A DNA stretch of 64,000 nt, from assembly GCA_951406725.2 (NCBI GenBank), contig OX597817.1:72912001-72976000 (forward strand). The letters are read 5' to 3'. Of the stretch, positions 51,321-64,000 are shown in pieces. Source of the stretch: Octopus vulgaris. Lineage: Eukaryota. Each line of letters begins with the position of its first letter. Position 1 is the stretch's first letter. A program made the translations under genes and the position numbers. The notes beneath the pieces were generated by a model. That model was not told the origin of the DNA. It worked only from the letters and a program-made list of their open reading frames with translations, and did not search any database.

Positions 51321-52245
51321 AGGCATTATTTGAGCAAAACAGTGATGTCATATTTATGCCTCGTGAAAACAATGTCCTGTTGCTCTGCAGTTTCCACTCA
51401 TGAAGACGCGTGGAATAAAAGTACAAGAAAGCATTGGCAGCAAGTAGAGTACTGAACCTTAGACAGCTACCTCCAACTCATGCTTGTACCAAAACAGCAG
51501 ATGTAAAAGCAGTTTGATGATAACGATCAGTACTTATGTAAGAATATATATGTGCATGTGTGTGTGTAAGGGAGAGAGTATGAGAAAGGGACAGAGTGTG
51601 TGTGTATGTAGTTTGTATTCGTGTGCACAGTTGGCTTCTTTTAATCTGGCTGATAGACTAATGTAATAATAATTACAGAGCACAAGGTTTGTGAATAGAG
51701 ATTAACAGAGGAAAAATTCAGATCAGAATATAACAAGATCAAAGATGGCAAATGTTTACATAAAAGTATTAAAATGCACATATATAAGTCAATTAAATAA
51801 TGTACTATGGAAAAAATGTGCCTATTTTGTTTGTGTCTTATAAAGTCAGTTGAATGTGTTTTAGAAATAAATGCACATGTATATTTTCTTCATTGAAAAG
51901 ATGGTAAATGTGCCGTCTTTCTATGATAGTAATAATACATTAAATGTTTATTTTTCACATATTTATTATGCCCACTGCAGAGATTGTATTGATCAAAGTC
52001 GTTTACTATTTTACTGACACATTGAAAAGTTTCAGAAATAAAATGTATAACTGAAACAGCAAAAGGACAAAATGTTAACTTTGTGTATGTACATATACAA
52101 GAACATATATTTCTTAGAGCAATGTTTCTCAAGGTGGGGCATGGTGGAGTGTGGGACTTTAGAATGGGGCATATATAAGTAACAAGTGAATAAAATATGC
52201 AATAAGTTATGTCATATACAAATAAATATCAAGTAATATACAACT

Positions 52246-52293
<48 letters not shown>

Positions 52294-52601
52294 AAATATA
52301 AAGTAATATACAATACAGTTTTAATCAAAACTTCTTTTGTGTGTGTGTGTATATATATATATCATAATTATCATCATTTAATGTCTGTTTTCCATGCTGG
52401 CACACACACACATGGCTAAAGGGTTATGAAGTTTGCACATATATATGGCTGAAGGGCAAAGAAGTTTGCTCACTAACACCATGGTTCTGGGTTCAATCCC
52501 ACTGTGTGGCACCTTGGGCAACAGTCTTCTGCTACAGCCCCAAGTCATCTAAAACCTTGTGAGTGGACTTGACAGACAGAAACTAAAAGAAGTCTGCACT
52601 A

Positions 52602-53140
52602 TGAGGGAGTACCCAAAAGAAACCGGAATTTTGAAATATCTTATTCATTTAGTTTTACGTGTTTACACTTTTATTGCCTTCAAAGTATTCTCCACTTGAA
52701 GCAATGCATTGGTCCAGACACATTTTCCAGTGTTCAAAGCAGTTCTGGAACTCTTGCAAAGTGATGCCTTTTAATGCCTCCATCGTTTATTTTCTTTACT
52801 GCTTCCACATCTGCAAAACGTTTTCCTTTCAGGATTTTTTTCATTTGGGATTACAAAAAAAGTTGCAGGGAGCAAGATTAGGTGAATAGGGAGGGTATGT
52901 AGGTGGGGGTCATGCTATTTTTGGTCAAAAACTGTCTCACACTCAAGGTGGTGTGTGCAGGTGCATTGTTGTGATGAAACCACCATTCTCCACCATGTGG
53001 CAGTATGACTTCACTCAACATCCCCAGTCAGCAGACTGATGTTTGAGGGTGGCATCAAGTGGCTTCTAGTGATGGAGGTCTGAACTACAACTGGCCTGCC
53101 TCACAGAGAACGTTTCCAGTTACTTTTGGGTACTCCATCA
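52602..53140 (-). mobile_element. Internally deleted mariner transposon nested in a family A SINE
   Basis: TIRs TGAGGGAGTACCCAAAAG / CTTTTGGGTACTCCATCA with TA on both sides. The minus strand gives WFHHNNAPAH...VRQFLTKNSM...PYSPNLAPCNFF...LKGKRFADVEAVK, matching the mariner HDNA and YSPDLAP motifs. Confidence 0.9.
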
Positions 53141-53574
53141 TATCTATGTGTGAGTGCGTGTTATTGTCTCCTTGGCTTGACATTGCATGACAGTTATAAA
53201 CAGATGATACCATCACACAAATGGTATTCTTCATTCATCTTTCATAAAAACATGTCTGGTCAAGAGGAACTATTACCTTACTTGGAAACATGAGGGCTGG
53301 CAACAGTAAAGATATCCAGCTGTAAAAAATCCACCTCAATAAAATTCTGTCCAACCTGTGCAAGCATAAAAAAGTAGGCAATAAATCGAATATATTTGTG
53401 AAACTAAGGATCTTTTGGATGATAACTGATGAGGAATTAACAACATACCATCGTGTGTGAATTTTCTGTTTGTTTCTTTAAGGTTTGTGTATCAAACTTG
53501 CTTTAATAAATAACAACACAATGGTTTTAATAGTCAATATTTTATATGGGCATTGTTGTTGTTGCTGTTTGATC

Positions 53575-53872
53575 ATCATCAAGTGTTTTAAATCCAGGTT
53601 TTGTCTCCATTAACAAGGGTGGCCGGATCTACCTCAATGTAACAGCAGCCACCTTCACACCATCTTGCCCAGCTTTGGGCGTCTTCCTTTATCAAACCAA
53701 CCCTCCCAATCTCCTCCTCCATGTTTTCCTTGGTCTACTTTGCTTTCATGGTCCATTTACCTTAAACTCAAGCACCATCCTCAACACATGCCCATACCAC
53801 CGCACTCTATTCACCCTTGCCAGGTGTTCCACTGATTCCTTTAACCCCAGCATCCCCATCCAGCTCCAAGAA
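53575..53872 (-). pseudogene. 3' end of a second RTE-clade LINE family
   Basis: Minus strand gives MLGLKESVEHLARVNRVRWYGHVLRMVLEFKVNGP*KQSRPRKTW. Confidence 0.8.
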
Positions 53873-55951
53873 AGCCTCATGAAAGCAAAGAAAGGATGTT
53901 TAATATTATGTTAAAATCAGCACAACTGACAATTGGTGAAATTACAGCTGCCTAACTTCAGTATGGAAGGATGCAAAAGTCATAATCCAAAATATAAACA
54001 TTTTCCTTATTGAATACATAAGTTTAAGAACTTTTATTATAGAGAAAGTAAATGTGTCATTTCAACTTCCAAATTTCACTTTCACATTGAATAATTATAG
54101 TATTTCAGAAAGAGAAATGTTTATTTTCTCTGGTTTATGTTCACATCTCATTAATGGAGTATTTGTAAGTTATACTTATCAATTGATTATTTATTAATTT
54201 TATCTTCACATTAAATAATTGAAATTGCATTTTTGATAATGAAAGTAATTTCATTCCAATTAAAGTAGTTAAAAAACAGAAATATTTCATTTTATGTTAA
54301 CATTGAAGTAAGGAAAATATATATATTTTTCCACAATGAAAGTATTACATTCTGCCCTTCCATGTCAAATGTTAATGACCATGACCCTACAGAACCAAAT
54401 ATTTGCCTGTTTTGCTATTAAGACACTGCTGGACACCTTTATCAGACTGCACTGGTAAAGATGAAAGGTCACTTTCAAAATTAAGCCATTTTTTGTTTTG
54501 TTTAGGATTTGTGAACTTTTTTTTTCCATATGTAATGTATATAACAATTATAATAAATCAGACTACTGTTCCATTCAACAGTAACATTAAGCAAAATGTC
54601 ACTGTACTGTATATCAGAGATATTTTCTGAAAGATTTCATGGACCAAAATTTGTGTTAAGTAGTATATGAGTTAATATATCTTATGCAAATAACTATAGT
54701 AATATACATGCATGTGTGTACTTTATTCTACCAAAACAAGTAAAATAAACTGCAAGTGGTGAACTTAAAGTCCCGGTCAACCAAAGAGGCACAATAAATA
54801 TGATTCTGCTACAAGTAGTGTACTATAATAGGAAAATGTATAATGTTATAATTTTATATCTTAACAATTCTACCATTAACGTTACATATACACTAGGAAT
54901 CTCATGAGGGCTCAATAGTATGAGTACAAAACTAAAGAGGAGATTTATGGACACATTTCCACCCAACTTCACAATTGATCGTAAGATCATGGTTTCAATT
55001 CCTGGACCAGGCAACGTGTTGTGTTCTTGAGCAAAACACTTTATTTCATGTTGCTCCAGTCCACTCAGCTGGCAAAAGTGAGTTTCACCTAACAGCGTAT
55101 TCAGTCAGAGTGTAGAAGGAACGTGGCCTAGTGGTTAGTACTTTGGACTCAAGATTGTAACTTCATGGTTCTGAGTCCCAGACTAGGCACCGTGTTGTGT
55201 TCTTGAGCACTTCAATTCACCTACATACACATATGTGTATATATGATCTAGTCCACTTTAGCTGAAAATGAGTACCAGCAACAGGTGGGAGTTAGTTAAT
55301 CCTACAATGGACTGGTATCCTGTTCAGGGCAAAGTATTGTACTCTCAGTCATATATATGCCATGGCAATCAGGATAAACTCTGGCCCATCACAGCAGCCT
55401 TGTGATAGACCCAAGCTATATATACATACACATCAAGTGTATGTATGCATGTGTGTGTATATGTGTGCATGTGTATGTGCATGTATTCAATACACTTTAT
55501 CAAAATCCATGACACTGACTTTTTTCCGGAGATTTTATTTTAGCTTGTTTTAGTTTTAATTATGTAAATTACCTGCTGGCTAAGAATGAACAAAACTTCT
55601 GTTTTTCTTTTTTTGTGTGTATTCTAAATTGACTACAGTTCATGGCTACAGTTCAGTAACTGAAACCAGTAAAAGAAAGAAAAGAATACAATAAGTCAAT
55701 GTCTTTTTTAACTTTTAACTTTATCACAATTGTAAACCTGATACCTTATTAAAAATGCTTATTTATTCCTCTGAAAATGCTAGATTATATAAAGTACTAG
55801 GAGAAACATTAAACATATCAGAAAAGAGAAGCTTTGAAACAATACATATGGTGTGTTTGTGTGTGTGTGTACATATCACAATCATCATTGTTTAACATCT
55901 GCCTCCCATGCTGGCATGGGTGATATATCTATATCTATCTATCTATCTATA

Positions 55952-55989
<38 letters not shown>

Positions 55990-56014
55990 TATATATATAC
56001 ATATATATCCGGGA

Positions 56015-56265
56015 TCCGGGACCCCCTTCGGTCACGACACTGACCATGGGATTGCACCTAGAAAGTTACCCTCCTAGTCACAAGTCTGGGCATGGTTGTT
56101 TATGGAAGACCAGCAGTCGCCCATGCATACCAACCTCCCCTCTCCACGCCACCAGTGTTATCCAAGGGAAAGGCAAAGACCGATACAGCTTGGCACTCGT
56201 GACGTCGCAACTCATTTCTACAGCTGAGTGAACTGGAGCAATGTGAAAATAAAGTGTCTTGCTCA
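56015..56265 (-). mobile_element. SINE family C, truncated
   Basis: High similarity to 50078-50325. Confidence 0.85.
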
Positions 56266-57890
56266 TATATATATATATATATATAATTATTAACACAGTT
56301 ATTTTATGGTCAAGGGACTAGTTATAATAGTAGGGCATCAAGCTGTAATAATCCACCACTCCTACAAACATATCACTCACCAATGTAAGCTGGAAAATGA
56401 ATGTGATGTGTGTGTGTGTGAGTATGTGCGTGCACACACATATGTGTGTTTATCTAGACACACACACTCACAAGAAAGGAAATATAGTAAAAAAGAGACA
56501 AAAATGATGGAAAATGCCAAGCTGTCACAGGAATTATACGAGACATCATAAAGTAACTGTAGAGGTCAGAATGACATAAGTGAGCAAAACTGAATGCCCC
56601 ACTTATACTCATATCAACTTTTTCTTTCTTCTCATTATGAAAATAATGATTTCTTTTGACTAGACGGATATATTCTTTCTTTTCTTTTTTCATGTTTCAG
56701 TCACTGAACTGTGACAATGCTGGGGCAACATGCTCAAGAATATTAATAATTACACCATTCCCAATACATATTTTATCAACTATTATTTATACTGTCAAAC
56801 CTGTATCAGAAAACTGAAAAGCATAGTTTACTAGTGCAGGATTTGTACACAAAACATACAGCTAGATAACCAGATGAAATATAGCTTAAGGTTTTTTCAT
56901 CTAGTGCACAACACATTCTTATTTCCAATCTGATTCATAGCCAATTATTCTCAGGGATTATTACAATAATTGATTGAAAGGAGGCCAGTATACAACTGGT
57001 ATACATTATGTTCGAACTCAGTCTATGAAAGTGTGGAAATGCAAGTTCAAACCTGTTGAAATTTGAAAACTCAATTGAAAATAGGATTTGAAGTCCAGAA
57101 CCTTGTGACTTATAGAAATATAACAAAAAGAATGAAAAGAAAGCAAAAAGTATACACACACACAAAGTAGTCAAGTCAAATTATACCATTTTGCAAACAT
57201 GTAAGTGGTTAATATGTTATTGCTCAGATCTGATCTCCAAGAATTTTTGCAATATAAATGTCTGTGGAATACTTATACTATATACTCTTATACTATAAAA
57301 CAACAAAAAAATAAGTAGTTCCATTAGTCACACAACTGAATCACTTATCAATCAACATAACTTGAGATCCCTCATATGTGTCGGCCATGTATAGGCACAT
57401 GAATGGGTGTGTGGTTAAGAATTTTGTTTTGCAACCACATAGTTTTTGGGGTTCAGTTCCCACTGTGCAGCACTTTAGATAAGTGACTAGTTACTATGAC
57501 CCCAGATCAACTAATGATAGAAGAAATTATAAGAAATCTGTTGTACACATACACACAAACACACACACACATACATGTGTGTGTGTGGATGTATGTGAAT
57601 ACTGACATGTATGTGAACACTGACATGCACAGCTTTACTTGTCACCACCAGTGATATGCTTACATTCTTTTTGACATTATGATCAATTGCTTTGTGTTTT
57701 TGAAGCCCTGAGAAATAATAAACTACTTGTAAAAAAAAAGGTAAGGGTTGGTAACAGGAAGTGTATGCAGCTGCAAAATCCTGTTTCAAATAAGTCTCAT
57801 CCAACCCATGCTAACATGGCAAAAGGGTCGGGTCATTAAAAAAACAAAAAAAAAACACATACATGCATCCATACACATATTAAATTAAGG

Positions 57891-57941
<51 letters not shown>

Positions 57942-58270
57942 AGCAGTTCTATGAATTACATAAGGAAACTTAATCCTTAGCAGCTATCAAAAGATAGCTG
58001 TACTCTATATAAAGTCTAGCACTCTTTGCTATCTCTGAATTGCCAATTCCATCAAGTAAAGATGACCATGGCAGGATCTGAAATCAAAATGTAAAAGGCT
58101 GCAAGGCATTTTTGACAGAAACTATGATGACTGGAATAATGCTTATTTGTAATGAAGGCACAATGCCACAAAATTTTGGATGGGGTTTAGTCAGTTATAT
58201 CAACTTCAGTATCTGGGTGGTATTCAATTTATCAGCATGCAGTATGTTTGAAAGGCTAAACAAATCCTGG

Positions 58271-58305
<35 letters not shown>

Positions 58306-60914
58306 TGATTTCCTTCATAGGCAAAAGGCCATACATATTTGGGATGGGATTTATTTGATTAAATTAAACTTGGTACTAATTTTATTGGCCACAAAAGGAT
58401 GAAAAATCATATAGCTTTCAAATGGTAAAAGAAACAAAACAAAAAAAAATGAGAGAACTAAAAGAGAGAGAAACAAAGCTGAGTCTTAGAATTAATCACT
58501 TCTCTGATATCTGATCAGGAAACAGCATTAAAATACATATATTATCTTAGTACATAAATAAACTGATGAATAAATAAAAGATAAATATAATTTCCATGAT
58601 ATCTGGACTTAATTTAAAAATACTTCCATTTACATATTGATTAGGTGAGGAATCTTAGGCCTACATTTCACATTCTGGTAAGTAGCAATAAGTTCTATGA
58701 AAAACAAAAAAACAAATAAGTAAATATATGTAGAGAAATATAAATTAAAAAAAGGAGAGTGGAATGTAATGAAAAGATAATCTAAAAATAATGTCTGTAA
58801 TTTAGAATTATTAGAAGGGAAAAAAGAAGAACAAATATGAAAATGAATGAATGAATAACTGAAATGAAAGAAATATTTCTGAATGATACATAAGTTACTT
58901 TATGCCTTATTTCATATTTAAATATAAATTGGTGTGTGTGTGTGTATGTGTGTGTGTGTAGTGGCTGTTAAAAGGATGATGAAATTAAAATTTCAAAAAT
59001 CCCAAATGTTAAAAATATGTGGAAAAAAACAAATAAAAACCAAAACTGTTTTATCGTTATGGCAATAAAGCTTGCTGTCTTGATATTTTTTAATGTGCAT
59101 GTGTACACACACACATACACACATATATAATTAAAAAAGAAGAGATAGATGTTATGCATTCAAGTAGAACTATGGTAAAATGAAATTACCATTATTCCAC
59201 ATTCAGAGCTGATCACGAGAGAAAGATTACAAAAAAAGATATGGTCTTTTTATATAATTAGATTTTTTCTTATTTTCTCTTGCAAACTATTTTATCTTTA
59301 GAATTAATTTTCTATGAGAAAATGGGCTGCATAGTCCTGAAAATGTTAGATAACTTTGACTAGTTCAGATTGAGATGTCAGTGGATGGTAAAAAACAAGG
59401 TGAAAAATGAGCAAGGAATCAATAAAGGGCACATTCTTTAGACCTGAGTTAACTCTGATTAAGCAAAGTTATGATCAAATGTGTTCTAGGTATGACCATT
59501 CTATCTTCCTTTTTTATTTTATTTTTTTTAAAAAAGCATCTCTCTAAGACTATAATATTCAATGTAAACTTTCCTGTTTTTTTTTAAACAGTTGTGAGTG
59601 TATTAAGCAAGATTTGGTTGCTATTTCTGACAAAGTTGTAGCAAGGTCATATACTTTATAGTGGAGGCTGACCAAAGTCTTGAGAAGAAATCAAAAGCAA
59701 AAAATCAAGATGAAACATTACAGGTGAGAGAGTGAAAGAAACAGAGAGAGGCAGGGAGGAGAAGGAGGATACAGAGACTTGGAAGTCAAATGTGAGACAA
59801 CACTTACACAAGAGGCATGGCAGAAAGAACTTGTATTGCAAACACAACACCATGTATTTTGACATCTGAATAAGGTTAAACTAGGTTCTGCCTAGTTACA
59901 GACAATAACATTTCAAGATTCTTTTGAACTTGAAAGTTAATGTTGACATCAAACCAATGAGGGTGCCTCTACATAAGCGTTAAAACTGCTAGACATAGCA
60001 ACTAAATCTTACTGAAATCATACCTTGCTGATTTAATAAAGGAATAATACATTGGATGATGTAATTCTAATATGGAGTATCTTTAAAAGAAAGAGTTATC
60101 ATAAATGTTTAGATTTTAGAAATATATAGGACATAGATGAATGAATAAGTGGTATTCATGACTTTCCAATAGCGAAGAAAATAAAACTGTCTCAACTAGG
60201 AATTGAAATTGAGCTCACTTTCACAATGGTAATTTTGATATCAAAAGGCATGGCTGTATGACTGAAAAGTTCACTTTGCAACGCATAGCACCAGGTTCAA
60301 TCTCAGCACACAGTACTTAAGACAAGTGGAATTTGGTAAATGCAAATTGTGTGAAAGTTCATAAATATATGTAAGTGAATGTATATCTTTCATGTATATC
60401 AGTGAAAAAATTTAAAACAGTATCAAGAAAACTAATATGGTGCTTTCTGACAAAAATACCTTGTGTAACATTTATATCACTTAAGCTATACAGTAAAGCT
60501 GCAAAGAACCAGAGAATGGTCCACTGGAAACCTATAACTAGTAACAATACTGTTCACAAAATGTGACTGTAAAGTGAAGAATAAAATAAGAACAGTGAAC
60601 CTTGCCGAAAATCTTTGTCTTTCTTATATTTATTTAAACTGTTTTGACAAGCGACATATGGAATCTCTCTGAAAAACAAGACAGTACAAAACAATTGTAT
60701 ACTTTTGGTAGACCTATGTAACTTTCTGGTTCAAGAACAGAGGCCTATTTTTGCAGCAGTTCCTTCCATATTATGCTTGATTTAACTGACAAAATCACCA
60801 TCACATTTAATTTACTCAGCTTCTTTTCTTTATTGTTTCTTTCCTCTATTGCACTTTAACAGATTTGGAAGAAGGACATAAATAAAATAGTGTGATTACT
60901 ATGCAAGCTCCTAA

Positions 60915-61378
60915 ATGGTTGCCTGACCTGCTAGAAATATCAGTCAAACCACACTTAACTCACATCCTATCACCTTAAAAAAACTGAAAGGACAACTTAA
61001 GTATAATATTAGATAACCAAAACAAAAAATAAAGACAGAACGGCTACAGCTGGAAAGCCTTTACTCATTTTGATATCAACCAGTCTGAGAGTGCCTGTTT
61101 TGATGATACAAAAATCTCTTGTTTTTTGAAGTATTCATACTTAAATTGAAACCTTCTGCTACACTTTCTTATAAGAAAGAACCTTTTGTTAATTCATGTC
61201 CCAGATGCCAGCTTAATAATGGAAAATTGAATTATTCTATTAAATCCTTCCAAATTCTTAATTGTTTTCAAAATTAAATGAAACAAATACGCATTGTATT
61301 TCATTAGAAATATAGTCTCAAAAGGGTTAATCATGGGTTTTTCTCACCAGCAATGACCTTGGGGCTAAATAACAACAC
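60915..61378 (+). mobile_element. Old short repeat (CCTGCTAGAAATAGCAG family) interrupted by a piggyBac-like MITE (about 61061-61330)
   Basis: Head CCTGCTAGAAATATCAGTCAAA and tail GACCTTGGGGCTAAATAACAAC are split by a MITE ending AAAGGGTTAA. The host family recurs at about 2620, 3205, 5035, 6835, 7555, 28025, 35525, 35925 and 59440(-). Confidence 0.6.
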
Positions 61379-61936
61379 TGGGACTAAGATTATACCTCCT
61401 CCTCCTCCTTTTAGCATTGTCTCGGTTTAGAGAAAAATCAAATTAACAGTCATACCACACCAACAATCTCAATTCCAGTGCAGGCATGGTGCTACCTTAA
61501 ACTTCAGCAGTTAAAAACTTAATCAAAGTCCATTGATTAATCAAGCTATTTGCATTAACTTAGATATTTATGTAACATGCAGAAATTTAATAGACTGAAC
61601 TTAGTCATAAATTAAAAAGATTTCGCAATGAAAGAAACATAATTCCATAAATTAATTTGGGCACATTTTTAAAGCAATGCACAGTTATGATCATGCAGTT
61701 ACCAAGCTTGCCATGAAAACTGTAGTTTTAGGCCTGGTCTCATAATGTAGCATCTTGGGCAAATGCCTTCTACAAAATTTCAGGGCGACCAATAACTTGT
61801 AAAAGTGACAGACCAAAACTATGCAGTTGCCCATCATGTGTGTATGTGTGAGAGAGAGAGAGAGAGAGTGATCGTCATTGTTTTTACATTCATTTCATTT
61901 CTATCATGCTAGCATGAACTGGAGGAGAGCTGTTAA

Positions 61937-62156
61937 CCCTTTCAATACCAACCCGGCTGAGACCACCTCTAGCTCAGTCATACAAATGTTTTGTTTTCAT
62001 AAGTTTTGAATTAAAATCTTCCACCAAACTTTAGTCATGATTTATGCTCTTAACCCTAGCTTAATGATAACTAAATTATTTTACTAAATTCTTTGTTATA
62101 TTTAAAATTAATAAAAAGAAACAGAGCATTTCAAAATAAATATGGTAACAAAGGGG
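61937..62156 (+). mobile_element. piggyBac-like MITE
   Basis: TTAA-CCCTTTCAATACCA ... TGGTAACAAAGGGG-TTAA, with the TTAA duplication on both sides. It interrupts a SINE tail. Confidence 0.8.
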
Positions 62157-62655
62157 TTAAGGCAGTTTTCTATAGCTGAATGCTCTTTCTGTCACCAACC
62201 CTTACTTCTTTCAAGTAAGGCATATTTTACTCTTCTGGTTTTCATGATTAAACTACAGAGCAATTTTGTTTTAGAAGAGAGGAAAATGCTGTTACCAGTT
62301 TTTCTCACAATAACAATGTGACAATGCACTGTAACACTCATAGATGTGACAAGCTTCTATACTATTCCCATCTAGAAAATTCCTTTCACAATGCATTGGT
62401 TGAAAAACTGTATAATAGAAGGCATTTGCACATGGTGGCATGCAATTATGACAGAAACTAAAACCATGCAGTTCTGAAATGAGTGTGTGTTTCATACTGA
62501 AACTGCTTGAAAAATGGTGCTCTGTTTGTACATCCTGTGACTCAGAGATTCAACAAATACAAAATGGTAAAATGTACCAGACTTAAAAAAATAAGTACTG
62601 AACTTGATATGAATGACTAAAACCCTTCCAGCTGGTGCCCCAATATGGCTGCAGT

Positions 62656-62828
62656 CACTAGTGTAGCCAGAGGGGGTGCGCAGAGGAGGAGGGGCACCCT
62701 GGATGGCACTTTTATGGGGGCGGCACCACTTTTGGGTCTGCTGTAGGCAATATGTATCTTTTTTGGGAGCCTGGGGGTGGAAAGCTAAAGGGCTGCCCCA
62801 TGTGGCACGCACTCTAGCTACACTAGTG
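62656..62828. mobile_element. hAT-like MITE (173 bp) nested in a family A SINE tail
   Basis: 17-bp TIRs CACTAGTGTAGCCAGAG / CTCTAGCTACACTAGTG (one mismatch), with a perfect 8-bp TSD GCTGCAGT at 62648-62655 and 62829-62836. Confidence 0.85.
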
Positions 62829-64000
62829 GCTGCAGTCCTTTGATTGAAACACAAAGGAATAAAAGACATCTTATGTCTCTGTATGAGTGTGTATGCCTAA
62901 ATATGGCTACATTTATTTATATATTTGTTTAGTTTGTTTTATACATTTAAACATTTCTTTAGATTGTTTTGAAAACAAGTGCCCCAGCATGACCAAGTCC
63001 TTGCTGGGGCTCTGTCATACTTACACATAAACATAAATATAAACATATGAGTAAACTGTGTGTGTGTGTGTGTGTGTGTGTGATATGCAAAGAAAATATT
63101 TGTATCAAAGAATTTTTATCAAAAAGTATACCATAGGGAATTATACTTCACAAAAAAAAAATACAAACAAAAAAACATGCAGAAAAAAAATTTGGTCTAG
63201 TGACTAATGAAAAATAAACAAAAGATATACACACGCATATATATATAGAGAGATATATACACACACACACATATATACACATATATATATCCATATATCC
63301 ATATACATATGAAGCACCAGCACACAGCATATCCATCTGTTTTACAATAGACTGCCCAGATCAGGAAGCAGTGATGGGTTGGCTGGTTGTCTGACTTGCA
63401 GACTGACTAATTGAAAGGCTCTTTGAGAACAGCTGACAATGAATAAATAAATAAATAGACAATAAATAAAACATGCTTCCCACTGAATGGAAGAGAGAGA
63501 AAGAGACAGACACTTTTAGTTCCAATGAATGAAAGAATGGTTATGAATGCTGAATGATGATGGTAGTATTAGTAATGGTAAGAAGTAGAACAACAACATG
63601 AATGATTTCCCATCATTGGCACAAGGCCACACACTATGTGGGTGGGGCAACTTTGTCATCCTTCCAGGGTGGTCTGGTCATATGATAAAGTATCAGTCAA
63701 ATAGTGGTAGCCTGTTTAATATTCCTATAAAATATTCTTAAAATGGCGACAGAATTGTAAGATCTCAGTAGAATTTGATCTTAAGAAATATATACTGCAA
63801 GACATTTTATTGGTTACTCTAACCATTCTGCCAATTCCCTGCTCTTATATTAGAATGATAATTTTTTTATGCATTTACTTTGTGAGAGAGAGAGGAGGGA
63901 GAAAGAGAGAGAGAAAGAGTACTTGATTATATCACCTTTGGTATTTGACTGGTACATATTTTATTGACCCTTAGAGGAATTAAAAGGTAAAGTTGAAACT

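Noticed and set aside
53420-53455. CTGATGAG hammerhead-like core
   Set aside because: No GAAA box or stem II downstream. At best a very decayed copy.
60570-60620. GTGAAGA...GCCGAAAATC hammerhead-like arrangement
   Set aside because: Positions 3 and 8 are not complementary and stem II does not pair.
498-63336. Most short ORFs in the supplied track (poly-IY, poly-ER, poly-CV, poly-N, poly-Y)
   Set aside because: They are translations of microsatellites and SINE bodies, with no coding signal.

Overview
AT-rich, repeat-dense eukaryotic genomic DNA. The SINE, LINE and MITE families look like those of coleoid cephalopods (Octopus); this is recognised from memory, not from a search. Almost all listed ORFs are microsatellite or repeat artefacts. 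The window reads as mostly intronic or intergenic. One fairly convincing minus-strand exon of an unidentified gene lies at 32087-32244, plus a few weak micro-exon candidates. The rest is transposon debris: three tRNA-derived SINE families, RTE-clade and CR1/L2-like LINE remnants, a deleted Gypsy-type LTR element with an integrase fragment, Tc1 and mariner remnants, piggyBac-like and hAT-like MITEs, and several Penelope-type terminal fragments. The most notable signal is a set of minimal type I hammerhead-ribozyme-like motifs in unrelated repeat contexts. Their catalytic cores appear to co-vary at the 3-8 tertiary pair (C3-G8, G3-C8, U3-A8), although every copy here is mutationally decayed. Also notable are a foldback/tandem unit carrying a tRNA-Thr-like Pol III cassette, and an iterated hairpin/pseudoknot-like module in a 3' tail shared by several retroposons. 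Repeat boundaries were read by eye and are approximate.
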